Of a DNA stretch of 46,619 nt, positions 28,502-37,971 are shown piece after piece. Under the pieces are notes generated by a model. The model saw nothing but the letters and a program-made list of their open reading frames with translations, had not been told where the DNA came from and made no database searches. Numbering within the stretch: the first letter of the stretch is position 1; each line of letters opens with the position of its first letter. The DNA is from Nitrospirota bacterium (lineage in GTDB: Bacteria; Nitrospirota; Thermodesulfovibrionia; Thermodesulfovibrionales; JdFR-85): the NCBI GenBank assembly GCA_013151495.1, contig JAADIE010000081.1, positions 1 to 46,619 of the forward strand. Direction: 5' to 3'. The position numbers and the translations under genes are program-made.

Positions 28502-29095
28502 ATGAGCAATGAATTTATAAAACTCTTCGAGCTTTTTATAGCAGCATCGGTAATTAACAACTTTGTATTTACACGCTTCCTTGGGTTATGTATCTTCTTT
28601 GGTGTTTCAAAGAAGATGGAGACTGCAATCGGAATGAGCATTACCTTTACAGCCGTTATGGTTATCGCAGCAGCCCTTAGCTGGCTGGTATTTACCTACA
28701 TCATGGTCCCTCTTGAGATAACATTCCTTAAGATAATCATATTTATTGGTATTGTAGCCGCTTTTGTGCAGGCAGCAGACACGATTATGCGTAAGGTTAG
28801 TCCGGGGTTATATTACAAACTGGGTGTTTATCTTGCTCTCATTTCAACTAACTGTATCATTATAGCGGTTCCGCTTATTAATGCTGGCGAACATTACAAC
28901 TTTCTCGAAAGTCTCTCCTTTGGTTTTGGTTCTGGAATCGGTTTTGCCCTTGCACTTGTTATAATGGCAAGTATTCGTGAAAAGCTTGAGCTTGCCGATG
29001 TGCCAAGGCCATTCAGGGGTATGCCAATTGCTTGGGTCACAACAGCACTTATAGCACTGGCATTTACAGGATTTTCAGGACTGATTACATTATAA
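28502..29095 (+). CDS. rnfA: Rnf complex subunit A
   Basis: NNFVFTRFLGLC, LISTNC, IREKL..DVP..GMPIA. Confidence 0.95.
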   Translation: MSNEFIKLFELFIAASVINNFVFTRFLGLCIFFGVSKKMETAIGMSITFTAVMVIAAALSWLVFTYIMVPLEITFLKIIIFIGIVAAFVQAADTIMRKVSPGLYYKLGVYLALISTNCIIIAVPLINAGEHYNFLESLSFGFGSGIGFALALVIMASIREKLELADVPRPFRGMPIAWVTTALIALAFTGFSGLITL

Positions 29096-29134
29096 AAATA
29101 CACATACTTTATAGCGTTTATGGAGGTCAGGTAA

Positions 29135-30307
29135 ATGATAGATTACAGCTTAGTAAATGAGATACTCAGGGCAATAGGCAGTCTTAATCTTGCAGAACTT
29201 ATTAATCATATTCCCCTTCCTCATGTTGGTGTGGGTGGTGGCATTGAGGCAAAGGAATCGGTTGATATTGTGCAGACCATAGAGTTTACCGCCATGTTTA
29301 TCTTTGGTGTTGGTGCAGTTTTTGGACTTGGCCTTGCCTTTGCTGCCAAAAAGTTTTCTGTAAAGCGTGACCCAAGGATAGATCAGGTCAGGGAATATCT
29401 GGCAGGCGCACACTGTGGTGCCTGTGGATATCCTGGCTGCGAACAGTATGCCGAGGCAGTTGTGCAAAACCCTGATGTGCCACCAAACCTCTGTACCCCT
29501 GGTGGTGAGAAGGCTGCAAAGATGGTTGCCCTGATTACCGGTAAAGAGGCTGTTGCTACAGAGCCAAAGTTTTCAAGGATAATGTGTCAGGGAGACTGGC
29601 AGAAGTCTACAAAGAGATTTAAATACGAGGGTGTTCAGGACTGCCGCGCTGCTGTGCTTGCAGGTGGTGGGGACAAAAGCTGTATTTACGGTTGTCTTGG
29701 ATATGGAACCTGTGCAAAGGTTTGTCCCTTTGATGCAATCCATATGAATGAAAACCATCTGCCCGTTGTCGATGTTGGCAAGTGTACAGGTTGTAGAAAG
29801 TGTGAGGCAGCCTGTCCGAAAAAGGTCATCGAAGTGCTTCCAGGCAGCAAGGCAGTGGTTGTGGCATGTCATAGCCGCGACAGGGGCGCTGATACCAGAA
29901 AGTACTGCCAGATCGGCTGTATCGCCTGTGGAGCCTGCGAGAAGGTATGCCCCTTTGATGCAGTAAAGGTGGAAAACAATGTCTCAAGGATAGATTACGA
30001 TAAGTGCCGTGTTTGTGGTCTTTGTGTTCGTAAATGTCCTACCAAGGCAATAGTTGATCATATGCCAACCAGGCCAAAGGCCTTTGTGATCGAGGAAAAA
30101 TGTATTGGCTGTAACGCCTGCATGAAGGTATGCCCTGTTAATGCTGCCTATGGTGAGCTGAAGAAACCTCACACCATTGATCAGTCCAAGTGCATTGGCT
30201 GTGGTATATGCACTGCAAGATGTCCTAAACAGGCTATTGACGGCACCTTTAATGCAAAAGAGGTATTCCGTCTGGCCGAGGAAAAGAGGAAGAAAAAGGC
30301 GGCTTAA
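29135..30307 (+). CDS. rnfB: Rnf complex subunit B (long polyferredoxin form)
   Basis: TM segment, CGACGYPGC..CTPGG, then six ferredoxin-type CxxCxxCxxxCP-like motifs. Confidence 0.93.
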   Translation: MIDYSLVNEILRAIGSLNLAELINHIPLPHVGVGGGIEAKESVDIVQTIEFTAMFIFGVGAVFGLGLAFAAKKFSVKRDPRIDQVREYLAGAHCGACGYPGCEQYAEAVVQNPDVPPNLCTPGGEKAAKMVALITGKEAVATEPKFSRIMCQGDWQKSTKRFKYEGVQDCRAAVLAGGGDKSCIYGCLGYGTCAKVCPFDAIHMNENHLPVVDVGKCTGCRKCEAACPKKVIEVLPGSKAVVVACHSRDRGADTRKYCQIGCIACGACEKVCPFDAVKVENNVSRIDYDKCRVCGLCVRKCPTKAIVDHMPTRPKAFVIEEKCIGCNACMKVCPVNAAYGELKKPHTIDQSKCIGCGICTARCPKQAIDGTFNAKEVFRLAEEKRKKKAA

Positions 30308-30777
30308 TAAAGACCCGATTTTACCAGGGCAACGGTTCTGCCACGCGGAAACTGGTGTTTTAGGCGTCCACCCCTGTATAAAAGGCATCCAAGGACTGTG
30401 CCTTTATAAAAGGCTATTATATAACCGTCCTGCCAGCTGGGGTTGGCTCTTTCAATGAAACCCCTTTCAAGTAACTCGGTAAGCTCTTGTCGGCTGAGCT
30501 CTACAGTATGTTTGCTTGCCTGGTGGCCAAAAAGTTGAAGGGCATAAGTGGTGGGCTTTAGATGTCTGCCAACCTTGCGTAATATCCTGATACCTGGAAA
30601 CTCTATCCTCTTCATTTTTATGGATTTGATCACAATCGGGTCTGCTGTGGTGCTCGTGATCATCCAGATACTTCTACCGGTTTCAAAAAAGATGTACCCC
30701 TTGAAAGGCTCTGGAGGGATTTCAAATCTTTCTGATAGATAATTCAGGACTATGTGGGGGTCTGCCTGTCTTAGCAT
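30304..30777 (-). CDS. hypothetical protein, stand-alone RsmF/NIP7 C-terminal PUA-like RNA-binding domain
   Basis: PGIRILRK..HLKPTTYALQLFG..VEL, GYIIAFY..LGC...FP pattern resembles RsmF C-terminal domains. Confidence 0.55.
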   Translation of the reverse strand: MLRQADPHIVLNYLSERFEIPPEPFKGYIFFETGRSIWMITSTTADPIVIKSIKMKRIEFPGIRILRKVGRHLKPTTYALQLFGHQASKHTVELSRQELTELLERGFIERANPSWQDGYIIAFYKGTVLGCLLYRGGRLKHQFPRGRTVALVKSGLY

Positions 30778-31115
30778 TAGTGGACCGGCCCTGAGGAAAG
30801 CATCCTTTCCACTTCTTCAATGATTACCTTGTAGGAGATGCCACCATGAATAAAGGGTTCCCCATTTATCAGGATAACCGGAAGGGTAATAAGGCCATGG
30901 CTCAGTAGCTCCCGGACCTCGGCAAAACGGTTGTCATCCTCAAGAAAAAGATCTATGTATTCAACATGGACAAGGTTGGGGAAGTGATAATCCAGGGAGT
31001 TTTGTAATTGTTCGGCCAGGGCCTGATTGTTGATCCCTTCATCAAAGTAGTTGTCGCTGAAATTTACATCCTCGAAAGGGTTATCCAGGATCTGGATATG
31101 GATTCTCTGTATCAT
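30777..31115 (-). CDS. hypothetical protein, thioredoxin-like fold without Cys
   Basis: VEYIDL...LPVILINGEP..GGISY pattern; sits in the same gene run as panC. Confidence 0.6.
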   Translation of the reverse strand: MIQRIHIQILDNPFEDVNFSDNYFDEGINNQALAEQLQNSLDYHFPNLVHVEYIDLFLEDDNRFAEVRELLSHGLITLPVILINGEPFIHGGISYKVIIEEVERMLSSGPVH

Positions 31116-31120
31116 TACTA

Positions 31121-31987
31121 CTACCTCAGTTTTACCAGCAGGTTGTCAATCAGGCGGGCGTTACCATAGTATAGGGCCACCGCAAGGACAACCTCTGGCT
31201 TTTTATATATTTTAACATCTACATCTGTAAGGTCATCAAGGGTTTCAGGATCATACACAGAGGCGTACTGAATCTCCCTGATGTGGGGAGAGCTTTTCAG
31301 GGTTTCCCTGAGAGTGGATGCAGCCTCTTTAAAGCCAGCACCCTCCTTGAGTTTTTCTGCGGCATTCAATAATGCCCTGTAGACAATACCTGCTCCCTGT
31401 CTTTCCTCCTCTGTCAGATACTTGTTTCGTGAGCTCATAGCAAGGCCATCATGTTCCCTGATTGTTGGGCAGGCTATGATCTGAATATCCATGTTCAGAT
31501 CTCTGACCATCTGTTTGATTATCAATGTCTGCTGGAAGTCCTTTAACCCAAAATAGGCCCTTGTGGGTTTTACAATATTAAAAAGCTTCAATACCACAGT
31601 GGTAACCCCTCTGAAGTGACCAGGACGGAAGGCACCACAGAGCTTATCAGAAAGCCCTTCAACTATCACATAGGTCTTATAGCCTTCAGGATACATCTCC
31701 TTCATAGAGGGTAGAAACAGTACATCTACATTCAGGGCCCTGAGTTTTTCTATATCACCTTCTATATCCCTGGGGTATCTATCGAGGTCTTCATTAGGAC
31801 CAAATTGAATGGGGTTAACAAAGATGCTAACTACGGTTATATCATTTTCAGCCCTGGAGCGCCTGATAAGACTGAGATGCCCCTCATGCAGGTAGCCCAT
31901 AGTGGGGACAAAGCCTATGGTTTTACCTGCCCTGGTTAAGATACTGGCCTGTCTTTGCATCTGATCTATTTCACTGAATATATCCAT
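31121..31987 (-). CDS. panC: pantoate--beta-alanine ligase
   Basis: VPTMGYLHEGH, FVNPIQF, RPGHF, GLAMSSRN, RLIDN. Confidence 0.97.
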   Translation of the reverse strand: MDIFSEIDQMQRQASILTRAGKTIGFVPTMGYLHEGHLSLIRRSRAENDITVVSIFVNPIQFGPNEDLDRYPRDIEGDIEKLRALNVDVLFLPSMKEMYPEGYKTYVIVEGLSDKLCGAFRPGHFRGVTTVVLKLFNIVKPTRAYFGLKDFQQTLIIKQMVRDLNMDIQIIACPTIREHDGLAMSSRNKYLTEEERQGAGIVYRALLNAAEKLKEGAGFKEAASTLRETLKSSPHIREIQYASVYDPETLDDLTDVDVKIYKKPEVVLAVALYYGNARLIDNLLVKLR

Positions 31988-31990
31988 TGA

Positions 31991-33046
31991 TCAGGCATCC
32001 TCCTTAACTAGCCTGAGCAACTCATCAAGCATATCCTGCTCTTTTATCTTTTTTATTACCTTGCCCTTTTTAAACAGGATTCCCTCCCCCTTACTTCCTG
32101 CCACTCCAAAATCAGCCTCTCTGGCCTCTCCGGGCCCATTTACCACACATCCCATAACCGCCACCGTGAGGTCCTTCTGAACATCCCTCAGTTGTCTCTG
32201 GAGTTTTCTGGCAATAGAAACTATATTGACATTGCAACGGCCACAGGTTGGGCAGGAGATTATATTTACTCCATAATGCCTTATCTCCAGGCTTGCCAGT
32301 ATCTCATATGCCACCCTTACCTCATCGTAGGGTGGGGCGGTAAGGGATACCCTTATGGTGTCTCCAATACCCTCTGAAAGCAGAATACCAAGCCCTACTG
32401 CACTTTTTACAATCCCAAGGGGTGGGGGGCCAGCCTCGGTTATTCCAATATGAAGTGGATAGTCAAAGCGAGAGGAAAAAAGCCTGTATGCCTCTACAGT
32501 AAGAGGGACATTTGAGCCTTTCAACGAGACCTTTATATCCTGAAAATCGAGCTCTTCAAGTAGTTCGATCTGGCGCTGTGCACTTTCAACCAGTGCCTCA
32601 GGGGTGGGATGTCCGTACTTTTTAAGGATGTCCTTAGGTAATGAGCCGGAGTTCACACCCACCCTGATTGGTATGCCCCTTTCCTTTGCTGAAGCCACAA
32701 CCTCTTTTATCTTCCACTGGGCACCAATGTTCCCCGGATTCAGTCTCAGGGCATCAGCGCCGGCACTTAGGCTCTGAAGTGCAAGCCGCCAGTCGAAGTG
32801 GATATCTGCTATCAAAGGGATGGATATCCTTTTCTTTATCTCTTTTATTGAAGAGGCGGCCTCTTCATCGGGCACAGCTACCCTTATCACCTCGCAGCCG
32901 AGCCTCTCAAGCCGTCTTATCTGTCTTACTGTAGCGGTGACATCCCTTGTGTCGGTCTTGGTCATGGATTGTACAACAATCGGTGCATTACCGCCTACAG
33001 GGACATTTCCAATACGAATCTGTCTTGTCTTTTTGCGTCTGACCAT
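31991..33046 (-). CDS. ispG: HMBPP synthase (GcpE)
   Basis: VQSMT, ADIHF, RLNPGN, GDTIRVSL, CPTCGR, MGCVVNGPGEA. Confidence 0.97.
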   Translation of the reverse strand: MVRRKKTRQIRIGNVPVGGNAPIVVQSMTKTDTRDVTATVRQIRRLERLGCEVIRVAVPDEEAASSIKEIKKRISIPLIADIHFDWRLALQSLSAGADALRLNPGNIGAQWKIKEVVASAKERGIPIRVGVNSGSLPKDILKKYGHPTPEALVESAQRQIELLEELDFQDIKVSLKGSNVPLTVEAYRLFSSRFDYPLHIGITEAGPPPLGIVKSAVGLGILLSEGIGDTIRVSLTAPPYDEVRVAYEILASLEIRHYGVNIISCPTCGRCNVNIVSIARKLQRQLRDVQKDLTVAVMGCVVNGPGEAREADFGVAGSKGEGILFKKGKVIKKIKEQDMLDELLRLVKEDA

Positions 33047-33080
33047 AGGATTCTTTAAGTATTATAACAAAATGGGTGGG

Positions 33081-34073
33081 CTACTTATTGTGATTTGACC
33101 TGTACTTTCTTACTGCCCTCTGATGCTCCCTTTCGGTTTTTGAGAATTTATGCCTGCCATCCTTTGTTGCAACAAAGTACAGATAGGGTACATCGGCTGG
33201 ATATAAGGCTGCCATTATAGACTTAAGACCCGGTGATGCAATGGGCCCCGGAGGCAGTCCTTTAATACGATAAGTATTGTAGGGACTGTCCCTGCGAAGG
33301 TCTCTTCTGGTGATCACCTTGGGCGGAGGCTCTACTCCGTATACTGCAGTGGGATCCGATTCAAGGGGCATTCCTCTGCGAAGCCTGTTGTGAAACACTG
33401 CCGAAATCAGAGGGCGTTCATCATCCACCTTGGCCTCCTTTTCAATCAAAGAGGCAAGGGTCAGAAGCCCTCTTTCTGTTAAACCCAGTTCCTTTGCCCT
33501 GTTAAGCATGTCGCTGCTTAATTGGGACCTCATATTTTCGACCATACGGGTGATAACCGTTTCTGCCTCAGTGTATTTAGGAAAGAAATAGGTATCCGGA
33601 AAGAGGTAGCCCTCAACAGAAGGGGCATCAATGTGTAGCTTATTCAGCAGGTCTCTGTCCCTGGAAGCCTTCAGAAACTGGTTTTTGTCAGTAATCTCCA
33701 GTGCATCAAGCCTATCAGCAATCTGCCAGAGATTAAACCCCTCAGGGATGGTAACCTTCACCAGTTCTACATCGCCGCTTACCAGTTTTTGTAGCACCTC
33801 ATGGTCTGAGAGCCTGCCTTCGAATCTGTATGTTCCATGTTTAATCTTGTACTGAAGCCCCCGAATCTTACCCCAGAATACAAACAACCTGGGATGTCTG
33901 ATTATCTGATGTCGCCATAGCAGCGCCGTTACATCTGTAAAGTTCATCCCCCTGCTGATATGGATTTCTACGGGGCCATTGATTTCGTGCTTTATAAAAA
34001 AGGGGTTGAGCATTACATAAATAAACGCAAGCACCAGAGCTATGGTTATATAAAGGAGTTTGCCTTTTTTCAT
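33081..34073 (-). CDS. mltG: endolytic transglycosylase MltG (YceG)
   Basis: TIPEG, EGYLFPDTY, ASLIEKE, VFHNRL, SPYNTY..GLPPGPIASPG. Confidence 0.95.
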   Translation of the reverse strand: MKKGKLLYITIALVLAFIYVMLNPFFIKHEINGPVEIHISRGMNFTDVTALLWRHQIIRHPRLFVFWGKIRGLQYKIKHGTYRFEGRLSDHEVLQKLVSGDVELVKVTIPEGFNLWQIADRLDALEITDKNQFLKASRDRDLLNKLHIDAPSVEGYLFPDTYFFPKYTEAETVITRMVENMRSQLSSDMLNRAKELGLTERGLLTLASLIEKEAKVDDERPLISAVFHNRLRRGMPLESDPTAVYGVEPPPKVITRRDLRRDSPYNTYRIKGLPPGPIASPGLKSIMAALYPADVPYLYFVATKDGRHKFSKTEREHQRAVRKYRSNHNK

Positions 34074-34124
34074 AGGAAGATATATTAACTGAAACCTTTA
34101 GAGGTAGGTCAAGAAGGGAAAAAT

Positions 34125-34160
34125 AAAAAGGCAGGCTTCCTTTGAAGCCTGCCTTTTTTT
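34125..34160. terminator. intrinsic terminator of groESL (bidirectional form)
   Basis: AAAAAGGCAGGCTTC-cttt-GAAGCCTGCCTTTTT perfect stem with T-tracts on both strands. Confidence 0.92.
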
Positions 34161-34171
34161 GTGGATTTATC

Positions 34172-35797
34172 TTAGTACATATCCATTCCTGCACCGGCAC
34201 CTGGCATCTTTTCTTCCTTTTCAGGAATCTCTGTGATCATCACCTCGGTTGTGATCATCAGTGATGCCACGGATGCAGCATTCTGAAGTGCGGTCCTTGA
34301 GACCTTGGTTGGGTCTATTATACCGGCCTTCATCATGTCTGTGAACTCCTCTTTCTGGGCATCAAAGCCGTAGTTGATGTCATTGGATTCCTTGACCTTT
34401 TCAACGATTATAGCACCTTCGAGGCCGGCATTGGAGACAATCTGCTTGATTGGTTCTTCAAGGGCCTTCTTGACTATTTCAACACCAATCTGCTGATCAC
34501 CCTCAAGTTTGAGTTTTTCAAGAGCTGGGATACACCTGAGCAGTGCAACACCACCACCAGGTACTATGCCCTCTTCCACGGCAGCCCTGGTTGCATGGAG
34601 GGCATCCTCAACCCTGGCCTTCTTCTCCTTCATCTCTGCCTCTGTAGCAGCACCAACATTGATTACTGCCACACCACCGGCCAGCTTGGCAAGCCTTTCC
34701 TGAAGCTTTTCTCTGTCGTAGTCAGATGTGGTCTCTTCGATCTGGGTCTTGATCTGCTTGATTCTGCCCTGGATCTTGGCAGGATCACCTGCACCCTCAA
34801 CAATGGTTGTATTTTCCTTATCTATTGTAACTTTCTTGGCACGACCCAGATCCTCGATCCTCACATTTTCAAGCTTCATACCCACATCTTCTGAGATGAC
34901 CGTACCACCAGTGAGGATTGCAATATCCTCGAGCATGGCCTTTCTTCTTTCGCCAAAGCCCGGGGCCTTGACAGCGCAAACCTGCAGGGTTCCACGCAGT
35001 TTGTTTACTACCAGTGTTGCAAGGGCCTCACCCTCAACATCCTCTGCAATGATGAGTAGTGGTTTGCCCATCTTGGCAATCTGCTCGAGCAGAGGAATGA
35101 GGTCGCGCATGCTGGAGATCTTCTTGTCATGAAGCAGGATAAATACATCCTCCAGGTTGCACTCCATCCTCTCAGGATCAGTGATGAAATATGGAGAGAT
35201 GTAGCCTCTGTCAAACTGCATACCCTCAACAACATCCAGTGTTGTCTCAAGGCCCTTTGCCTCTTCAACGGTGATAACACCGTCTTTACCAACCTTATCC
35301 ATTGCCTCGGCGATAAGCTCGCCAATGGAAGGGTCGTTGTTTGCAGAAATGGTACCAACCTGGGCTATCTCCTTTTTGTCCTGAACAGACTTGCTCATCT
35401 TCTTGAGCTCTTCCACTGCTGCCTCTACAGCCTTGTCAATACCTCTTTTCAGATCCATTGGGTTGGCACCAGCTGCTACATTCTTCATACCCTCTTTGTA
35501 GATTGCATAGGCAAGTACTGTTGCAGTGGTTGTACCATCACCTGCTGCATCTGAGGTCTTGGATGCCACCTCTCTCACAAGCTGGGCACCCATGTTCTCG
35601 AATGGGTCTTTAAGCTCGATCTCTTTTGCAACGGTAACACCATCTTTTGTGATGGTTGGTGCACCGAATTTTTTGTCAATAATTACATTTCTGCCTTTTG
35701 GCCCTAAGGTGGCCTTTACTGCATCTGTTAGGATTGTAACACCCTTTAGAATCGCATTCCTTGCTTCCTCGTCAAATACAAGCTGTTTTGCTGCCAT
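34172..35797 (-). CDS. groL: chaperonin GroEL
   Basis: [38 protein letters not shown]. Confidence 0.99.
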   Translation of the reverse strand: MAAKQLVFDEEARNAILKGVTILTDAVKATLGPKGRNVIIDKKFGAPTITKDGVTVAKEIELKDPFENMGAQLVREVASKTSDAAGDGTTTATVLAYAIYKEGMKNVAAGANPMDLKRGIDKAVEAAVEELKKMSKSVQDKKEIAQVGTISANNDPSIGELIAEAMDKVGKDGVITVEEAKGLETTLDVVEGMQFDRGYISPYFITDPERMECNLEDVFILLHDKKISSMRDLIPLLEQIAKMGKPLLIIAEDVEGEALATLVVNKLRGTLQVCAVKAPGFGERRKAMLEDIAILTGGTVISEDVGMKLENVRIEDLGRAKKVTIDKENTTIVEGAGDPAKIQGRIKQIKTQIEETTSDYDREKLQERLAKLAGGVAVINVGAATEAEMKEKKARVEDALHATRAAVEEGIVPGGGVALLRCIPALEKLKLEGDQQIGVEIVKKALEEPIKQIVSNAGLEGAIIVEKVKESNDINYGFDAQKEEFTDMMKAGIIDPTKVSRTALQNAASVASLMITTEVMITEIPEKEEKMPGAGAGMDMY

Positions 35798-35815
35798 ACT
35801 ACCCTACCTCCTTTC

Positions 35816-36079
35816 TTATTCTTCAACTATTCCTAAGATGTCCTCTTCTTTGATGATCAGGTACTCGGTACCATTCATCTTGACCTTTGAGCCAGCATAC
35901 CTGTCGAACATTACCTCGTCACCAACCTTGACCTCTTTTACCTCAGAACCAACAGCCTCCACCTTACCCCTCTGAGGTTTCTCCTTGGCAGTGTCTGGCA
36001 CATAAATGCCACCTGGAGTCTTCTCAACCTCTTCAGTGTAGGATAAAAAGACCCTGTCTTTTAAAGGTTTGAACTTCAT
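35816..36079 (-). CDS. groS: co-chaperonin GroES
   Basis: [29 protein letters not shown]. Confidence 0.98.
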   Translation of the reverse strand: MKFKPLKDRVFLSYTEEVEKTPGGIYVPDTAKEKPQRGKVEAVGSEVKEVKVGDEVMFDRYAGSKVKMNGTEYLIIKEEDILGIVEE

Positions 36080-36117
36080 AGGCCTCCACTCCTTTCTTTA
36101 AAGATTTTTTAATTTTA

Positions 36118-36144
36118 TTAGCACTCACTCTTAGCGAGTGCTAA
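36118..36144. promoter_or_regulatory. CIRCE element (HrcA operator)
   Basis: TTAGCACTC-N9-GAGTGCTAA exact consensus upstream of groES. Promoter TTGCCT-N18-TATATT abuts it. Confidence 0.97.
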
Positions 36145-36247
36145 TATAATGGTTTTTTCAGGTTTTAGGCAAGGGCATAAAAACCGAGAAATCAGGTATT
36201 ATTGGTAGATAGCTGCTGATATAGCAGAATAGTTTTTAAAATCAGAT

Positions 36248-37102
36248 TTATTGTCCTGAAAACTCCCTTTTTTTGCTTTCGAGAAAATTCTGTAATTCCT
36301 CCTGGAAGATATCTCTCTGTTTTCTTATATGTTCAGGTATACGCATGTTGTATAGCTTAAGGCCCTCGTTTAGCTGGGCGCTGAAGACCTCCTGGAATGT
36401 GCCGTTAAGGATTGCCTCTTTGACCTTCTCGGGATTATAAAGAAGTATATCGGCCAGGATGGTTTTTACCAGTCTTCTTGCACGCTCAATGCCTTCGTCC
36501 GGGGATGAAGGTTCGGGTGCAGTTGGTTGTGGTTTTTCCGGGGCCTTTTGTTCAGATGGTGTCAGTTTTCTTTCTGCAGTAGGTTTTATACCAGCCTCAA
36601 GGTTCTTAACCTTCTGGATGAGCAGCTCCCTTATTTCATGGGTTTCTATGTAATCGTCTGCGCCGTGGAGATTTTCGGGCCTTCTTCTGTATTTGTCCTT
36701 GTCATATACACTACCAATAAGGATTACCTTAATATCTGAGGTCTCCTTTCTTTCCTTGATCCTTTTGCAGACCTCAAATCCGTAAATCTTAGGAAGTGTA
36801 ACATCTATTATCACCAGGAAAGGGTGTTCTTTCATTGCCTTTACCATGGCGTCTATACCGTCCTTGGAGACAAGCACCTCATAACCCTGGGCCCTTAATA
36901 CATCGGTACAGTCCTTTATGACATTGTCGTCCTGATGTGCCACGAGCACAAGGGACTTGTTTAGTTCTTTGAACTTCTTTTTTGCCTTCTTTACTAAAAA
37001 TACAGTGGTACATTTAGGACAGCGGAATCTGCTTCCCTCGGGTGAGACCTTTTCATCGGGTATCTTAAGTTTTACCTTGCACTTTGGACATACAACAATC
37101 AC
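36248..37102 (-). CDS. MJ0042-type zinc ribbon + atypical receiver + Pro-rich linker + RomX-like C-terminal domain
   Basis: CPKC..CPKC zinc ribbon; REC with IIDVTLP but no conserved Lys (ADDYIETHE); C-terminal ARRL..I..DI.LYN..G..LY. GTG start. Confidence 0.8.
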   Translation of the reverse strand: MIVVCPKCKVKLKIPDEKVSPEGSRFRCPKCTTVFLVKKAKKKFKELNKSLVLVAHQDDNVIKDCTDVLRAQGYEVLVSKDGIDAMVKAMKEHPFLVIIDVTLPKIYGFEVCKRIKERKETSDIKVILIGSVYDKDKYRRRPENLHGADDYIETHEIRELLIQKVKNLEAGIKPTAERKLTPSEQKAPEKPQPTAPEPSSPDEGIERARRLVKTILADILLYNPEKVKEAILNGTFQEVFSAQLNEGLKLYNMRIPEHIRKQRDIFQEELQNFLESKKREFSGQ

Positions 37103-37106
37103 TTTT

Positions 37107-37790
37107 CTACCTCCATCTTCTTAATGGCCTGCCTCTTTTTGGTAACCAGAGTTTAATGGTTAACAGTCCAAAAAAGAAACCTCCAATATGAGCAAACCAG
37201 GCAACGCCTCCCTCTAATCCAGCGCCCTTGCTGAGCAGACCGTTTAGAATCTGTATCAAACCCCAGAAACCAATAACTATTATAGCAGGAACCGTAATTA
37301 TCTCGATAAAAAACCCAAAGAATATTAAAGTATGCACTTTTGCATGTGGATAAAGCAAGAGGTAGGCCCCAAGTACACCAGCCACAGCTCCGCTTGCTCC
37401 AACCATTGGTATGGTGGACTGGGGTGAACTGAGGGCATGGGCATAGGATGCTATAATGCCTGAGAGCAGGTAAAATATAAGAAATCGTATGTGCCCAAGC
37501 CGGTCTTCCACATTGTTTCCAAAGATCCACAGATAAAGCATGTTTCCTATAATATGAAAAAAGCCACCGTGCATGAACATGGATGTAAAAAGAGTTATTG
37601 GTGCTGGCACTGGTTGAGGTGATTTTAAGCTGAGCAGAAATTTCGGTACAGCCCCATAATTGTAGACCACATACTGAAGCCCCCTGGGATGGAATATCTC
37701 CCAGAGGAAAACAAGGCTATTTATAACAATCAGCAGGATTGTAACATAGGGAAATCGTTCGGTCGGATTGTCATCTTTAAAGGGTATCAT
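37107..37790 (-). CDS. rhomboid family intramembrane serine protease
   Basis: SMFMHGG..HIIGNM, GASGA (catalytic Ser), AHIGG (catalytic His). Confidence 0.95.
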   Translation of the reverse strand: MIPFKDDNPTERFPYVTILLIVINSLVFLWEIFHPRGLQYVVYNYGAVPKFLLSLKSPQPVPAPITLFTSMFMHGGFFHIIGNMLYLWIFGNNVEDRLGHIRFLIFYLLSGIIASYAHALSSPQSTIPMVGASGAVAGVLGAYLLLYPHAKVHTLIFFGFFIEIITVPAIIVIGFWGLIQILNGLLSKGAGLEGGVAWFAHIGGFFFGLLTIKLWLPKRGRPLRRWR

Positions 37791-37801
37791 TTGATTGTTA
37801 A

Positions 37802-37830
37802 ATTATATGAAATGCTCGGGGTTATGTCAA
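37802..37830 (-). promoter_or_regulatory. consensus sigma70 promoter of the rhomboid / zinc-ribbon operon
   Basis: TTGACA-N17-TATAAT exact, 11 nt upstream of ATG. Confidence 0.85.
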
Positions 37831-37971
37831 TATAAATTTTGGAATTTAACTTATTAATCAAGCGGTTATAAGAATGTTTTAATGTAATATTTTTACTACC
37901 GTATGCTACTGTCAAAGAAACAAATATTTTTCTTGACAAATTTAAATAAAAATGATTTAATTATTAAAATT

